DNA of 64,000 nt from Mobula hypostoma (lineage: Eukaryota): NCBI RefSeq assembly GCF_963921235.1, contig NC_086108.1:19220001-19284000 (forward strand), in the 5' to 3' direction. Positions within the stretch are counted from its first letter, which is position 1. Every line of letters starts with the position of its first letter. This document shows positions 51,921 to 62,810 of this stretch, one piece after another. Below the pieces are notes generated by a model, which was not told the origin of the DNA, ran no database searches, and saw nothing but the letters and a program-made list of their open reading frames with translations. Position numbers and translations under genes: made by a program.

Positions 51921-53125
51921 ACCATATAACCATATAACAATTACAGCACGGAAAAAGGCCATCTCGGCCCTTCTAGTCCATGCCGAACTCTTACTCTCAC
52001 CTAGTCCCATCAACCTGCACTCAGCCCATAACCCTCAATTCCCTTCCTGTCCATATATCTATCCAGTTTAACTTTAAGTGACAACATCAAACCTGCCTCA
52101 ACCACTTCTGCTAAAAGCTCGTTCCACACAGCTACCACTCTCTGAGTAAAGAAGTTCCCCCTCATGTTACCCCTAAACTTTTGCCCTTTAACTCTCAACT
52201 CATGTCCTCTTGTTTGAATCTCCCCTACTCTCAATGGAAAAAGCCTATCCACGTCAACTCTATCTATCCCCCTCATAATTTTAAGTACCTCTATCAAGTC
52301 CCCCTTCAACCTTCTACACTCCAAAGAATAAAGGCCCAACTTGTTCAACCTTTCTCTGTAACTTAGGTGATGAAACCCAGGTAACATTCTAGGAAATCTT
52401 CTCTGTACTCTCTCTAATTCGTTGACATCTTTCCTATAATTCAGTGATCAAATCTGTACACAATACTCCAAATTTGGCCTTAATAATGCCTTGTACAATT
52501 TCAACATTACATCCCAAATCCTATACAGTACTCAATGCTCTGATTTATAAAAGCCAGCATACCAAAAGCTTTCTTCACCACCCTGTCCACATGAGATTCC
52601 ACCTTCAGGGAACTATGCACCATTATTCCTAGATCCCTCTGTTCTACAGCATTCTTCAATGACCTACCATTTATCATGTATATCCTATTTTGATTAGTCC
52701 TACCAAAATGTAGCACCTCACATTTATCAGCATTAAACTCCATCTATTATCTTTCAGCCCACTCTTCTAACTGGTCTAAATCTCTCTGCAAGCTTTGAAA
52801 ACCTCCTTCATTATCCACAACTCCACCTATCTTAGTATCATTTGCATACTTACTAATCCAATTTACCACCCCTTCATCCAGATCATTAATGTATATGACA
52901 AACAACATTGGACCCACTACAGATCCCTGAGGCACACCACTAGTTACCGGCCTCCAATCTGACAAACAGTTATCCACCACTACTCTCTGGCATCTCCCAT
53001 CCAGCCACTGTTGAATCCATTTTACTACTTCAATATTAATACCTAACGATTGAACCTTCCTAACTAACCTTCCATGTGGAACCTTGTCAAAGGCCATACT
53101 GAAGACCATATAGACAACATCCACT
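51921..53125 (-). mobile_element. 5'-truncated CR1 LINE with (GTTATATG)n tail
   Basis: ORFs 52010-52387, 52507-52743 and 52747-53124 are CR1 RT pieces; tail ACCATATAACCATATAAC on the + strand. Confidence 0.94.
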
Positions 53126-53228
53126 CGGGTTCTTGTGTGACCCCAAGTCCCTGTGCTCGTTACAGTATTCTTGTGTTCCTCTGCCCCCGTATGTGTTCCT
53201 CTGCTCCCGTCTTCCCGAGACCTGTAGC

Positions 53229-53761
53229 CCTGGGCCCCACAGTTCCTGGGCTCATGAGGACCCGTGTGCCCGATCTCCTGTGGTCCTGGGCCCCACAGTT
53301 CCTGGGCTCATGAGGACCCGTGTGCCCGATCTCCTGTGGTCCTGGGCCCCACAGTTCCTGGGCTCATGAGGACCCGTGTGCCCGATCTCCTGTGGTCCTG
53401 GGCCCCACAGTTCCTGGGCTCATGAGGACCCGTGTGCCCGATCTCCTGTGGTCCTGGGCCCCACAGTTCCTGGGCTCATGAGGACCCGTGTGCCCGATCT
53501 CCTGTGGTCCTGGGCCCCACAGTTCCTGGGCTCATGAGGACCCGTGTGCCCGATCTCCTGTGGTCCTGGGCCCCACAGTTCCTGGGCTCATGAGGACCCG
53601 TGTGCCCGATCTCCTGTGGTCCTGGGCCCCACAGTTCCTGGGCTCATGAGGACCCGTGTGCCCGATCTCCTGTGGTCCTGGGCCCCATAGTTCCTGGGCT
53701 CATGAGGACCCGTGTGCCCGATGTCCTGTGGTCCTGGGCCCCACAGTTCCTGGGCTTATGA
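53229..53761 (+). repeat. 56-bp (7x8) higher-order repeat, ~9.5 near-identical copies
   Basis: Unit CCTGGGCCCCACAGTTCCTGGGCTCATGAGGACCCGTGTGCCCGATCTCCTGTGGT, recurring at 53229, 53285, 53341 and onward. Confidence 0.97.
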
Positions 53762-55985
53762 ACTTCTGTGTGCCCGATGTCCTGTGTTCTTGCGCTACTC
53801 TGATACTGTACTCCTGTCATGCAGGGCTCCTGTATTGCTGATGTCTCGTGTTCTTGTACTCCTCTATTCCTGTGCTCCCGGGCTACAGCGCTCCCGTGAT
53901 GATACGCTCCCATGTTTCCGGACTCATGGGCTCCTGTGTTCCCCACTCCTGTCCTCCTGTATCCCTGATCTCCCGTGTCCCTATGTTCCTGACCACCTGT
54001 GTTTCTATATTTCTGAGCTCCTGTACGTCTGATTTCCTGTGTCCCTGGGTTCCCCTCTCTCTGCCTTTCTGGTCTCCCGTGTCCCTCAGGTCCCATCTTC
54101 CTGTGTTTCTATACTCCTGTGCTCATATGTTCCTGAACTTCTGTAACCCTGATTTTCCATGTTCCTGGGTTCCCCTGTCCCGCGTTTCTTGTCTCCGGGG
54201 CTCCTGTCTCCCCAACTTCCTGAGCTCCCGTATCCCCAGGCGCCAATGTCCCTGAGCTCCTGTGTTCTTCATCTGTTGTGCTCCTGAGCTCCTGTGCTCC
54301 AGAACTCTTGTGCTCCAGAACTGCCGGGATCCATTTTTCCTGGGCACCTGTGTCTCTGACGTCCCATGTTCCTGTCCTACTCTGTTCCCCAGCTGCTCTC
54401 TTCTTGACCTCCTGTGCCTCGGGCTCCGGTGTTCCTAGGCTCCGAACCTCCAGTGCTCCTGGGCTCCAGTGTCCTGTGTTCCTGACCTCCCACGCTGCTG
54501 GGCTCATGACCTCCTGGGCTCCCATGTCCCTCGGCCTCTGTCCCTGAACTTCTGTTCTTCAGCTGCTGTGCTCCCGTCCTCCTGTGTTACCGAGTTCCCT
54601 ATCCCCCGTATCCCTGCCCTCCAGAGCTCCTGTGCTGTTCCTGTACTCCTGTGTGTCTGTACACTGTGCTTCTGAGCTCCTTTGTTACCATGCTCCTGCA
54701 CTCCTGTGATGCTGTATTGCTGTGTCCCCGGGCTCCTGTGCTCCTATCCTGGTGTGTTCCTCAGCTGCTGTGTTCTTGAGCCTCTGTGTTTCTGTACTCT
54801 TGTGTTCCCGAGCTCTTGGGCTCCCAGGCTCCAGATTTCCCATGCTGCTGTGTTCCTTTACTCTTGTGTTCCTGGGCTCCAGTTTCCCAATGTTGCTGAG
54901 ATTTTGTCTTCCACGGCTGCTGTATTCCAGAGGTCCTGTCTTTCCGAAGTCCTGAGCTCTGTGTTCTGTACTCATGTCTTCCTGAGTCCTGTTTTCCTAA
55001 TGTCTTGACTGCTGGGCTCCCGAGTCCCTGCAATCTGTTTTCCCAGGCTCCCAGGCGCCCGTTTCCCTGAATTCTTGTTCTCCTGTGTTTCTGTGCTCCT
55101 GTGCTCTCGAGCTCCTGTGTTACCGTGCATCTGTCTTTCAGAGTTCCTGATCTCCAGTGCTTCTGCCCTCCCAAGCTCTTGTGCTCCTCAGCTGCATGGT
55201 TCCCATTTTCCTGGCCTCCCGTGCTCCAGTCCTCCTTCCGGAGTTCCTGGGCTCCTGTGTTACTGTACTCCCGAGTTCCTTTGTTACCGCGTTTCAGGAC
55301 TCTTAGGCTACTGGACACCTGGGCTCCTGTGATGCTGTATTGCTGTGTTTCCAGGCTGCCGAGCTCTTTAGCTCACGTGTCCCTGGGCTCCCGTGTTCTT
55401 GTATTCCTCAAGTCCCGGGCTACAGAGCTCCCGTGTTTCTGTACTCCTGTGCTCCCGAGTTTCCGTGTTTCTATACTCCCTGTGTTCCTGAGCTCCTGGC
55501 CTCCTGTTTTCCTGAGCTCCTGTGTCATTTGGCTCCCGTGATGCTGAACTCAAGTGTTCTCCAGCTGCTGTGTCTCTGTACACGTGCTCTCGAGCCTCTG
55601 TATTCCCGCTGTGCTACCTCGTTCCTGGGATTCTGAGTTCCTTTGCTCCCGACTTCACATGTTCCTGTACTCTTGTGCTTCGGAGCTCCTGTATTCCCGT
55701 GTTCCTGAGCTCCTGTAGACCTGGCCTCCTGTGTCTGCTTCTGTTCTCCCGAGCATTCCTGTCTTCCTGAGCTCCTGGACTCCAGTGTTCCCGTGTGCTC
55801 GGGCTTCCCTGTTCCTGTGCTCGTGAGCTTCTGTAATGCCGTACTCCTGCGTCCCTGGGCTCTTACGTTCCTGAGCTTCTGGATTCCTATGCCCTCGAGC
55901 CCCCGGGTTCCTGCGTTCCTGCGCTCATTAAAGAGAGAAACAGCAACTGCAGTAATGTTTAGCACGGCCATGCCCCAATCCCAAA

Positions 55986-56234
55986 AAAAGCAAGAGAATA
56001 TTGCAGATGCTGGAAATCCAAGCAACGCGCACAGAATGGCGGAGGAACTCAGCAGGCCAGGTAGCATCTATGGAAAAGAATACAGTCGACATTTGGGGCT
56101 GAGACCCTTCAGCAGGACTGGAGGAAAAAAAGATGAGGAGTCAAAGTAAGAAGGTGGGGGAGGGAAGGAAGGAGTACAGATGATAAGTGAAAATGGGAGG
56201 GGTGAAGTAAAGAGCTGGGAAGTTGATTGGTGAA
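55986..56234 (-). mobile_element. Penelope-derived terminal fragment with a degenerate hammerhead
   Basis: GCAGATGCTGGAAATCCAAGCAAC...; hammerhead-like CAGTC CTGCTGA AGGG..CCC CAAAT GTC GACTG at 56083-56120 (minus strand). Confidence 0.75.
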
Positions 56235-57261
56235 TCCCAATAAAGGGCAGCTCTGGCTCCCAGAGTAAAGCATGGCTCCCTCCCTCCTTTTCCCTCCACA
56301 AAAGGAGCATCAATTTCATCTCTATAAAGGCAAAACCTCTGTCCTATTACAGGGGCACGACCATTTGCAAACATAGAATTCCAACTCTCCTCTGGAAGGG
56401 AAGTATTTCTCCACCAACAAAGCACAGCCTAAACTTCCTCAATGCAGGGGAACACGGGGACTCAATAACAGAAAGCAGAGCATCCCACAAATGAGAGGCA
56501 GGGTTATTGAAACACATGGAAGAACAGGTATCTCCATAAATTACATTGCTTTTCCAATAGTGGTCAGCACCTGAGTCACAAATGGCTGCCAACAACAGAC
56601 AGTAGAGCTCTATATAAAACATGGAGACGCAGTAGGACAATGACTGGAAGTAAGAGAAATACCAGCTTTCCCAGAAAGGAAAACACAAATTGCCCAAAAC
56701 AAGCACTAGAGCAAGCCAAATGACACTTAGCACACCCTTGCCCATAAAGGGCATTGCATCAGTCACAATTAAGGGATACTCTCTCCTCCCAAAGGCGGAA
56801 GTGCTTCATTTCCATTAACAGGCAGCCCATCTCTCTGAAAAAAGAGCAGCAATACCATTGCAGTTGTGGAATAACTTCTGTCCTAATTCTCAAAAATAGA
56901 AGCACAGCTGCCCTAAAGAAGGGAGGGGCATCTATCCTAGTAAACAGCAGTAAAATATTTCAAAATAAATGGTAGCAAAGGTATCCTAGTAATGCAAACC
57001 TGCCTGACGAATTCAGTAAAGCCATTCCCAAAAATGGAACAAAAGTCAGCTCAATAATAGGAAGCAAACCTATCCAATAAACAACACCAAAGCTTTCCCA
57101 TTAGAGTAAAATACAGGTCTCCAAATAAAAGTCATCTCAATAAGAGGAACCTATCCTATGTGCACATGGAAGCATAATATGATGGATGGGTAACCTGATG
57201 CAGTTAACCCAATAGAGAGTAGTACACGTACCTCAAAAATGAAAAACACAGGTATCTTAAT

Positions 57262-57389
57262 GAACGTAAACATGAGGAATTCTACAGATGCTGGAAATTC
57301 AAGCAACACACATCAAAGTGCCAGGCCAGGCAGCATCTCTAGGAAGAGGTACAGTCGACGTATCAGGCCAAGTCCCTTCGTCAGGACTC
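57262..57389 (-). mobile_element. Penelope-derived terminal fragment with a point-mutated hammerhead
   Basis: Nearly identical to 20490-20558; GAAA reads GATA in the core. Confidence 0.8.
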
Positions 57390-57575
57390 ATCTTAATGAA
57401 GCTCAGTGCATGTATCCCAGCACAGGGAATGACAATAAAGGGAATGACAAATTACACAATAGCAAAGGCACACACATTCCAATAAAATGAAACAAGGTAT
57501 CCCAACACAGGTGTCCAGATAAAGGGCAGCATGGTCATCCCAAAGAACAGACTGACAGGTACCCCAATAGAAGGG

Positions 57576-59058
57576 ACCAATGGTGGGGAGGGAGTTTACC
57601 CATGATGGACTGGGCCGTATCCACATCTTTTTGTAGGATTTTCCGTTCAAGGGCATTGGTGTTTCTGTACCAGGCTGTGATGCAGCCAGTCAATATACTC
57701 TCCACTACACATCTGTAGGAGTTTGTCAAAGTTTTAGATGTCATACTGAATCTTTACAATCTCCTAAGGAAGTAGAGGTGCTGCTATGCTCACTTCATAA
57801 TTGCACTTACCAGGACAGGCACTCAAATAATAACACCACGGAATTTCAAGTTGCTGATCCTCTCTTCCTCTGATCCTTCAATGTGGACCGGCTCATGGAC
57901 CTCTGGTTTTCTTATCCTGAAATCAATAATCAGCTTCTTGGTCTTACTGACATTGAGTAAGAAGTTGTTGTTTGGCTGGTAAAAAAGTTTTGCCGAGTTT
58001 GGCTAGTAAGATGGTGGCATGTGCAAGAGCAGCGGCCTCTCAGGAGCCAACTAAAAGTGATTTTTTTCTTTGTAAAACTTAGTTTTTTTTATGAGCCAAG
58101 GACAATTCTACTCCAGGAACTTTGGGTACTGCAGGGCTACTCCATCAGTGTGCTGCTCGTTGATTGGAGTAGATAAACTAGTGTCAGTGGCAGAGCCGGC
58201 TGAGGTGTCGAAGGGGCTGGCCATGATGTTAGAAAAAGAGCCAATCAAGGTGTTGAAGAAGCTAGTTGGGATATCAGAGGAGCCGGTTGGGATGTCGGAG
58301 GAACCCACCAATATGTCAGAGGAGGGCGTTGGGATATTGAAGGAGCTGATCTGGCTGCAGACTGTGTTGCTTCCTGCTACTCTGAAGCTTCGGAGTTGGT
58401 GCAGTATAACCGTAGAAGATTGTTTCAGATATTTCTCCTGCCACTGCAAAACTGGTGGACAGTGATAATGTAAATTGCCACAGGCCTGTTGCTCTTGTCT
58501 GGTGGAGGGACAGGTAACATGGAGCTATGTAGCCTGGATGTAGCAAGGACCAGGTCTCAAGCCGCAGGCTTGCCTGCCACTGCAGACCAGGTGAGAGACA
58601 CGGAAGTGTTTACAGCATGGCTGGGCCTGGCCTCTCCTGTTGGTGCCGCCCTCCTGTGTTTGAGCAGTGGAATGACACGCTGGCCCACGTGCATCTGCAC
58701 ACTGCCGGGAGACTTACCATTAAATGCTGAACGTTGTCACTTAGGGTCTTGGACTATAGAATTTTCTAGTGAATATGCTTCTTTGCTTACTATTTTGAAT
58801 TATGTTACTCGCTGTTTTGAATGTTACTGGCTATTCTGAAGTTTGATTGCTATTTTGAGTGTTTTGCACCTTGGCCCCGGAGGAATGCTGTCTTGTTCAG
58901 CTGCATCTATTTATGGTTTGAATGATAATTAAACTTGACTTGATTTGATTTATAGCACCACTCAGCCAGATTTTCAATATCCCTCATATATGCTGATTCA
59001 TTATGACCCGTAGCAGTGGCGCCGTCAGCAAACTTGAATGTGGCATTGGAACTGTGAT
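57576..59058 (-). mobile_element. Rex1/Babar LINE fragment interrupted by a plus-strand non-coding retroposon (~57975-58950, ending in a TTGA-type repeat tail)
   Basis: ORF 57535-57744 reads LTNSYRCVVESILTGCITAWY; the minus strand near 59030 reads KFADGATAT. The insert ends AATTAAACTTGACTTGATTTGATT. Confidence 0.75.
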
Positions 59059-59431
59059 ATGGACTCACTTTTAGGGACTCTTCATTTCATATTCTCGATA
59101 TTTATTGTTTACTTATTTTTTTGGTATTTCTTTCTTTTTATATTTGCATAGTTAATTGTCTTTTGCACACTGGTTGAACACATTATTTCTTGAATATGCC
59201 TGAACAAAACTAAATCTCAGTGTTATATATGGTGACATATATGAACTTTTGAAGAAAGCATGGTTTTCCATAAAGGAAAGCGTAGGTATCCCAAAAATGG
59301 GAAGTATGAATATCCAAATAATGAACAGCATAGTGCTCCTAAGGAGGAGCCACACAGGCATCTTTACTCAAAAGGAATGACAGCATCCTGATAAACTGAA
59401 GAATACCTATCTTGTTAAAGGGAAACATACA

Positions 59432-60225
59432 CATTCCAGTTAATTGGGACACAATGTGATCAATACGTTTTGCCCCAATTAAGCAGCTGCCACAATTAGC
59501 CTAAGTTTCATGGTAATAGTTAAAAAGGTGTAAAAAACTAAGTAACAAATTGTGCATTTAAATGAAATACAGAACAAATTAGTACACTACCAATACTACG
59601 ACAGTACTATAAATCTGTGTATTAGTCCCTAATAGCTATTGATGAGGGAATTCATCCAGTGTATGCTGCCATAATTGAACAAAGTCAGTGCAGACACCTC
59701 ATGAACTGCCTTCATCCAATGCCTTTGACAATTGCATCCTCCAAATCTTCATTTTCATTGTAACATTCAAGATAATTGTTGATTCATTCAAATTTTTCAT
59801 AGTTCCTAACTTGTTGAAGTAGTGAAATTGTTTCATTTTCACTTCCAGCCTTTTCTGGCATCTCCAAGCCTAAATGCTTGAAACTGCAGTGAGCAAAACA
59901 GTTCTGAATTGTCTTACTGCTTATTGCTCACCAACTATCAGTGACAAAAATCACTGCTTTTTGAAGACAAATACACACAACTGACGCTATTTAAAAACTG
60001 TTCGTTCTAAGCATGGTGTAGTGTCAAATGGCCACATAATTGCATGCAACTGGTGCTAGTTATAAACTGTTCAGCAACAGTCTCCTGTCCCAATTAAGCG
60101 GCACAGTGTCCCAAATAAATGAAGGGAGTTGCTGCTACTTTCTCAATTAGCTTCAGTTCCTTAAGAGTTGTCCAAATAAGTGGCTCTCCTGATTAACCAA
60201 TGGCCCAAATAACTGGAGTCCAAAC
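59432..60225. mobile_element. Tigger/pogo-like non-autonomous DNA transposon
   Basis: Inverted termini TTCCAGTTAATTGGGACA and TGGCCCAAATAACTGGAG; internal CCCAATTAA repeats. Confidence 0.65.
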
Positions 60226-60428
60226 TATATCTCTGTAGATGGCACTGCCTTCCCAATAATGCCCAGCACATCTGACCATAGCCTGCATCCCAAATGAGAA
60301 GCAGAATTATCCCAGTGATGGAAAACATGTCTTCCCAAAGAAGCAAAGCACAGATGTCCAGTAAAGTGAAGTTTAATTGCCCAGAATCTGAATCAGGTTT
60401 AATATTACCAGCATACATCATGAAATTT

Positions 60429-61552
60429 GACTCCAGGTCTGCCCTTGTTTCAATTGGGCTTAATCATAGACACCTGATGCTCCTCTTGGCGCTGGGAAAA
60501 TAAGTGGCCCTGGGTTTGAGTGTGGTTGCTTGTTTGTCTCATCAGTGTCCTGTCCTTGCCTCTGTGGGGTAAGTCAGGCCGTTACCCTGTGGTTGGATCT
60601 GTCCCTTTCTGTCTTTGCCTCTGTTGGGTAAGCCAGGCCGTCTTTGCTGTTACCCTGAGACTGGACTGTTCCCTTCCCTTCCCCTTCCTTCTGCAACCCG
60701 TGCCTGGAGCCCCGCCTGCAACTCTGTCAAGTTCAACTACCAGAGCGAGACCAGAGCCTTGCTGTGTGAAGATAAGGAACTTTCTCTCGCTGAGTTGCAA
60801 CTGTGTCCACACCTTCACTAGGTAGGTCTGGCCGTTTGCCACTACCTAGTGTTCGGAATTGTCTTTGTGTCCATGCCTTTGCTAGGTAGGTCTATCTCGT
60901 CGTGTTCAGCATTCTGTGTAAAGCCCCGGCCCCAAGTCCTGTTCCCAAGAAGGGGTCCTGGCTCTGTGTTTCATGTTCCTGTGTTCCTGTCTCTCAAGTC
61001 CAAGGCTCCGTGTTCCCGTGCTCTAGACCAAGGCTCTGTGTTCCTGTCCTCCCCAAGACCAAGGTTCTGTGTTCTGCATTCCTGTCATCCCAAGTCCAAG
61101 GATTGGCTGTTCCTGAGTACCAAGTCAAGGCTTCGTGTTCTCCTCCTGTCCATGCACTTTGTCCTGTGCTGGAGTTCCCTTGTCCTGTACAGGAGTTCCC
61201 TCGTCTTGCCCTGGAGTCTCTCATTCTGTCCTGTAGCCTCGCCTAGTCCTGTCTCCCAAGACTACATCATGTCTTCGCCTAGTTCCGGAGTCTGAGCCCG
61301 AGTCAAGACCCAGGTCCTGGGTTCTTGTCCAGTCTCTGGCTTGGAGTTCAAACCCAGGCTCCTAGTTCCCAGTTCCTAGTCCTGGTCCCACTTGCCTAGC
61401 CAATGTCCTAGACCAAGTCTGTGTTCTTGTCCCAGCTCATAGTCTGCATCCAGTCACGTCCCTAAGTCTAGTCTCTAGTCCTGTCAGGTTCTTCGTACTT
61501 CAGTGTCTGTGTCTTGCATTTGGGTCTGCTCCCAACGCCCCCCGCTATGACA
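60429..61552 (+). mobile_element. Long Gypsy-type LTR (5' end missing) with internal short repeats
   Basis: Ends GTCTTGCATTTGGGTC...TATGACA, like fish Gypsy LTR ends; internal CCAAGGCTCTGTGTTCC repeats. Confidence 0.6.
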
Positions 61553-62615
61553 GAACCATTAACATATTCACCCTGCGTGTCATCAGATACCCAGCTGCAA
61601 TAGTGTGCTGGCCAAGGAACAAACTGGAAACCACTAACATCAAGACCCAGAAACCACCAATAATACATGGAGCATTCTATCCAAAGTCCAATGTTGAGCA
61701 ACTGTACACCTGCCAGAATAAAGGAGGATGGGTACTTGGAAGTGTCAAGGACACAGTTCTGGAAGAAACGCAAAACATCCATGAGTATGTCAGGAAGATG
61801 GCCCCCAAGGACGACCTGCTAGGAGAATACTTCAGACAGTAGGGAATATGAAAATAGAAGTGGGTGAAGCAGAGCTAGAGGACCAGAGGCCATGGCAGGA
61901 CAAGCCACTGCACGGGATGTCCCATCGCCAGATACCAGAGATGGCTGATATAAGAAAGTCCTACCAGTTGCTGGAAATGACAGGGCTGAAGGACAGTACA
62001 GAGGCGCTGCTCAGAATAGGTGCTGAGCATGAACAATAGAAGCAGAGGCTTATCACACCAGACAAGGCCCAAGATGCAGACTGTACAAGGAATCCACTGA
62101 AACCATCCAGCACATAGTAGCAGGATGCGAGATGCAGGCAGGGACAGCATACACTGAACAGCACGTCCAAGTTGCAGGAATTGTATACAGGAACATCTTT
62201 GCTGAGTTTGGATTGGACACTCCCAAGTCCAACTGGGAAACACCCGAAAAATCTGTGGGACTTCCAAATACAGACTGGTAAGTAGGTCCTGGCCAACTAA
62301 CCGGACATAGTAATACTGGACAAGGAACAGAAGAAAGCAATAGTAATAGATGTGGCAATCCTGAATGACAGTAACATCAGGAAGAAAGGATATGAGAAGT
62401 TGTAGAAATACCAGGGCTTGAAAGAGCAGATAGAAAGGTTGTGGAAGGTTTTATAGTAATCCCAGTGGTGATAGCAGCACTTTGAACTGTGACACCTGGA
62501 CTGGGGGAGTGGCTCCAACAAAACCCAGGAACAACATTTGAGATCTTGGTCCAGAAGAGTGCACGACTAGGAACAGCAAAGGTACTGCACCAACCCTCAA
62601 GCTCCCAGGCATCTG

Positions 62616-62616
<1 letters not shown>
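61553..62616 (+). mobile_element. Degenerate R4/Dong-like non-LTR element: RT thumb, CCHC motif and restriction-like endonuclease
   Basis: HGAFYPKS..LY..GG, WQDKPLHG, GLKDSTEALL, PRCRL..TETIQHIVAGC, PDIVILD..VIDVAI, KYQGL, VQKSARLGTAKVL; broken by stops and frameshifts. Confidence 0.82.

Positions 62617-62617
<1 letters not shown>

Positions 62618-62665
<48 letters not shown>
62618..62665. repeat. (GT)n microsatellite
   Basis: Read directly from the sequence. Confidence 0.97.
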
Positions 62666-62666
<1 letters not shown>

Positions 62667-62667
<1 letters not shown>

Positions 62668-62810
62668 TAGATGCACCTTTGGCAGCAATGACAGCCTTGA
62701 GTCTGTGTGGTCTCTATCAGCTTTGCACATCTGGACACTGCAATTTTTTCCCCCATTCTTCTTTACAAAACTGCTCAAGCTCTGTCAGATTGCATGGGGA
62801 TCATGAGTGT
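62667..62810. mobile_element. Tc1-like transposon fragment
   Basis: GCACCTTTGGCAGCAAT.ACAGCCTTGAGTCT...CCCATTCTTCTTTACAAAACTGCTCAAGCTCTGTCAGATTG resembles the Tc1 subterminal region and transposase 3' end. Recognised from memory, not searched. Confidence 0.65.

Larger units (their letters stand above)
18791..55925 (+). repeat. Large interrupted octamer-based satellite (consensus CTGWGYTC: CTGTGTTC/CTGAGCTC)
   Basis: Segments at ~18791-18897, 20031-20464, 21059-26144, 26356-28227, 30108-31723, 32689-33068, 38841-41455, 42100-42300, 51716-51920 and 53126-55925. All are in the same orientation with an 8-bp register. Confidence 0.93.
55926..60380 (+). repeat. Degenerate ~24-bp A-rich array, right portion, interrupted by insertions
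   Basis: Units such as TCCAGATAAAGGGCAGCATGGTCA / TCCCAAAGAACAGACTGACAGGTA (57514-57561). Segments at ~55926-55985, 56235-57260, 57390-57575, 59255-59430 and 60230-60380. Confidence 0.6.

Noticed and set aside
20110..56067. Many Cys/Ser/Val/Pro-rich (+) and RNTGAQEH-like (-) ORFs suggesting a repetitive structural protein
   Set aside because: They are translations of the octamer repeat, occur in all frames, and are broken by frequent stops with no consistent frame.
56347..56766. Hydrophobic, membrane-protein-like minus-strand ORFs (also 16761-17278)
   Set aside because: They are the T-rich antisense reading of the A-rich 24-bp degenerate array.
58091..58465. ORF with VGISEEP-like 7-aa repeats
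   Set aside because: It reflects a short 21-bp tandem repeat inside a retroposon insertion and has no recognisable domain.
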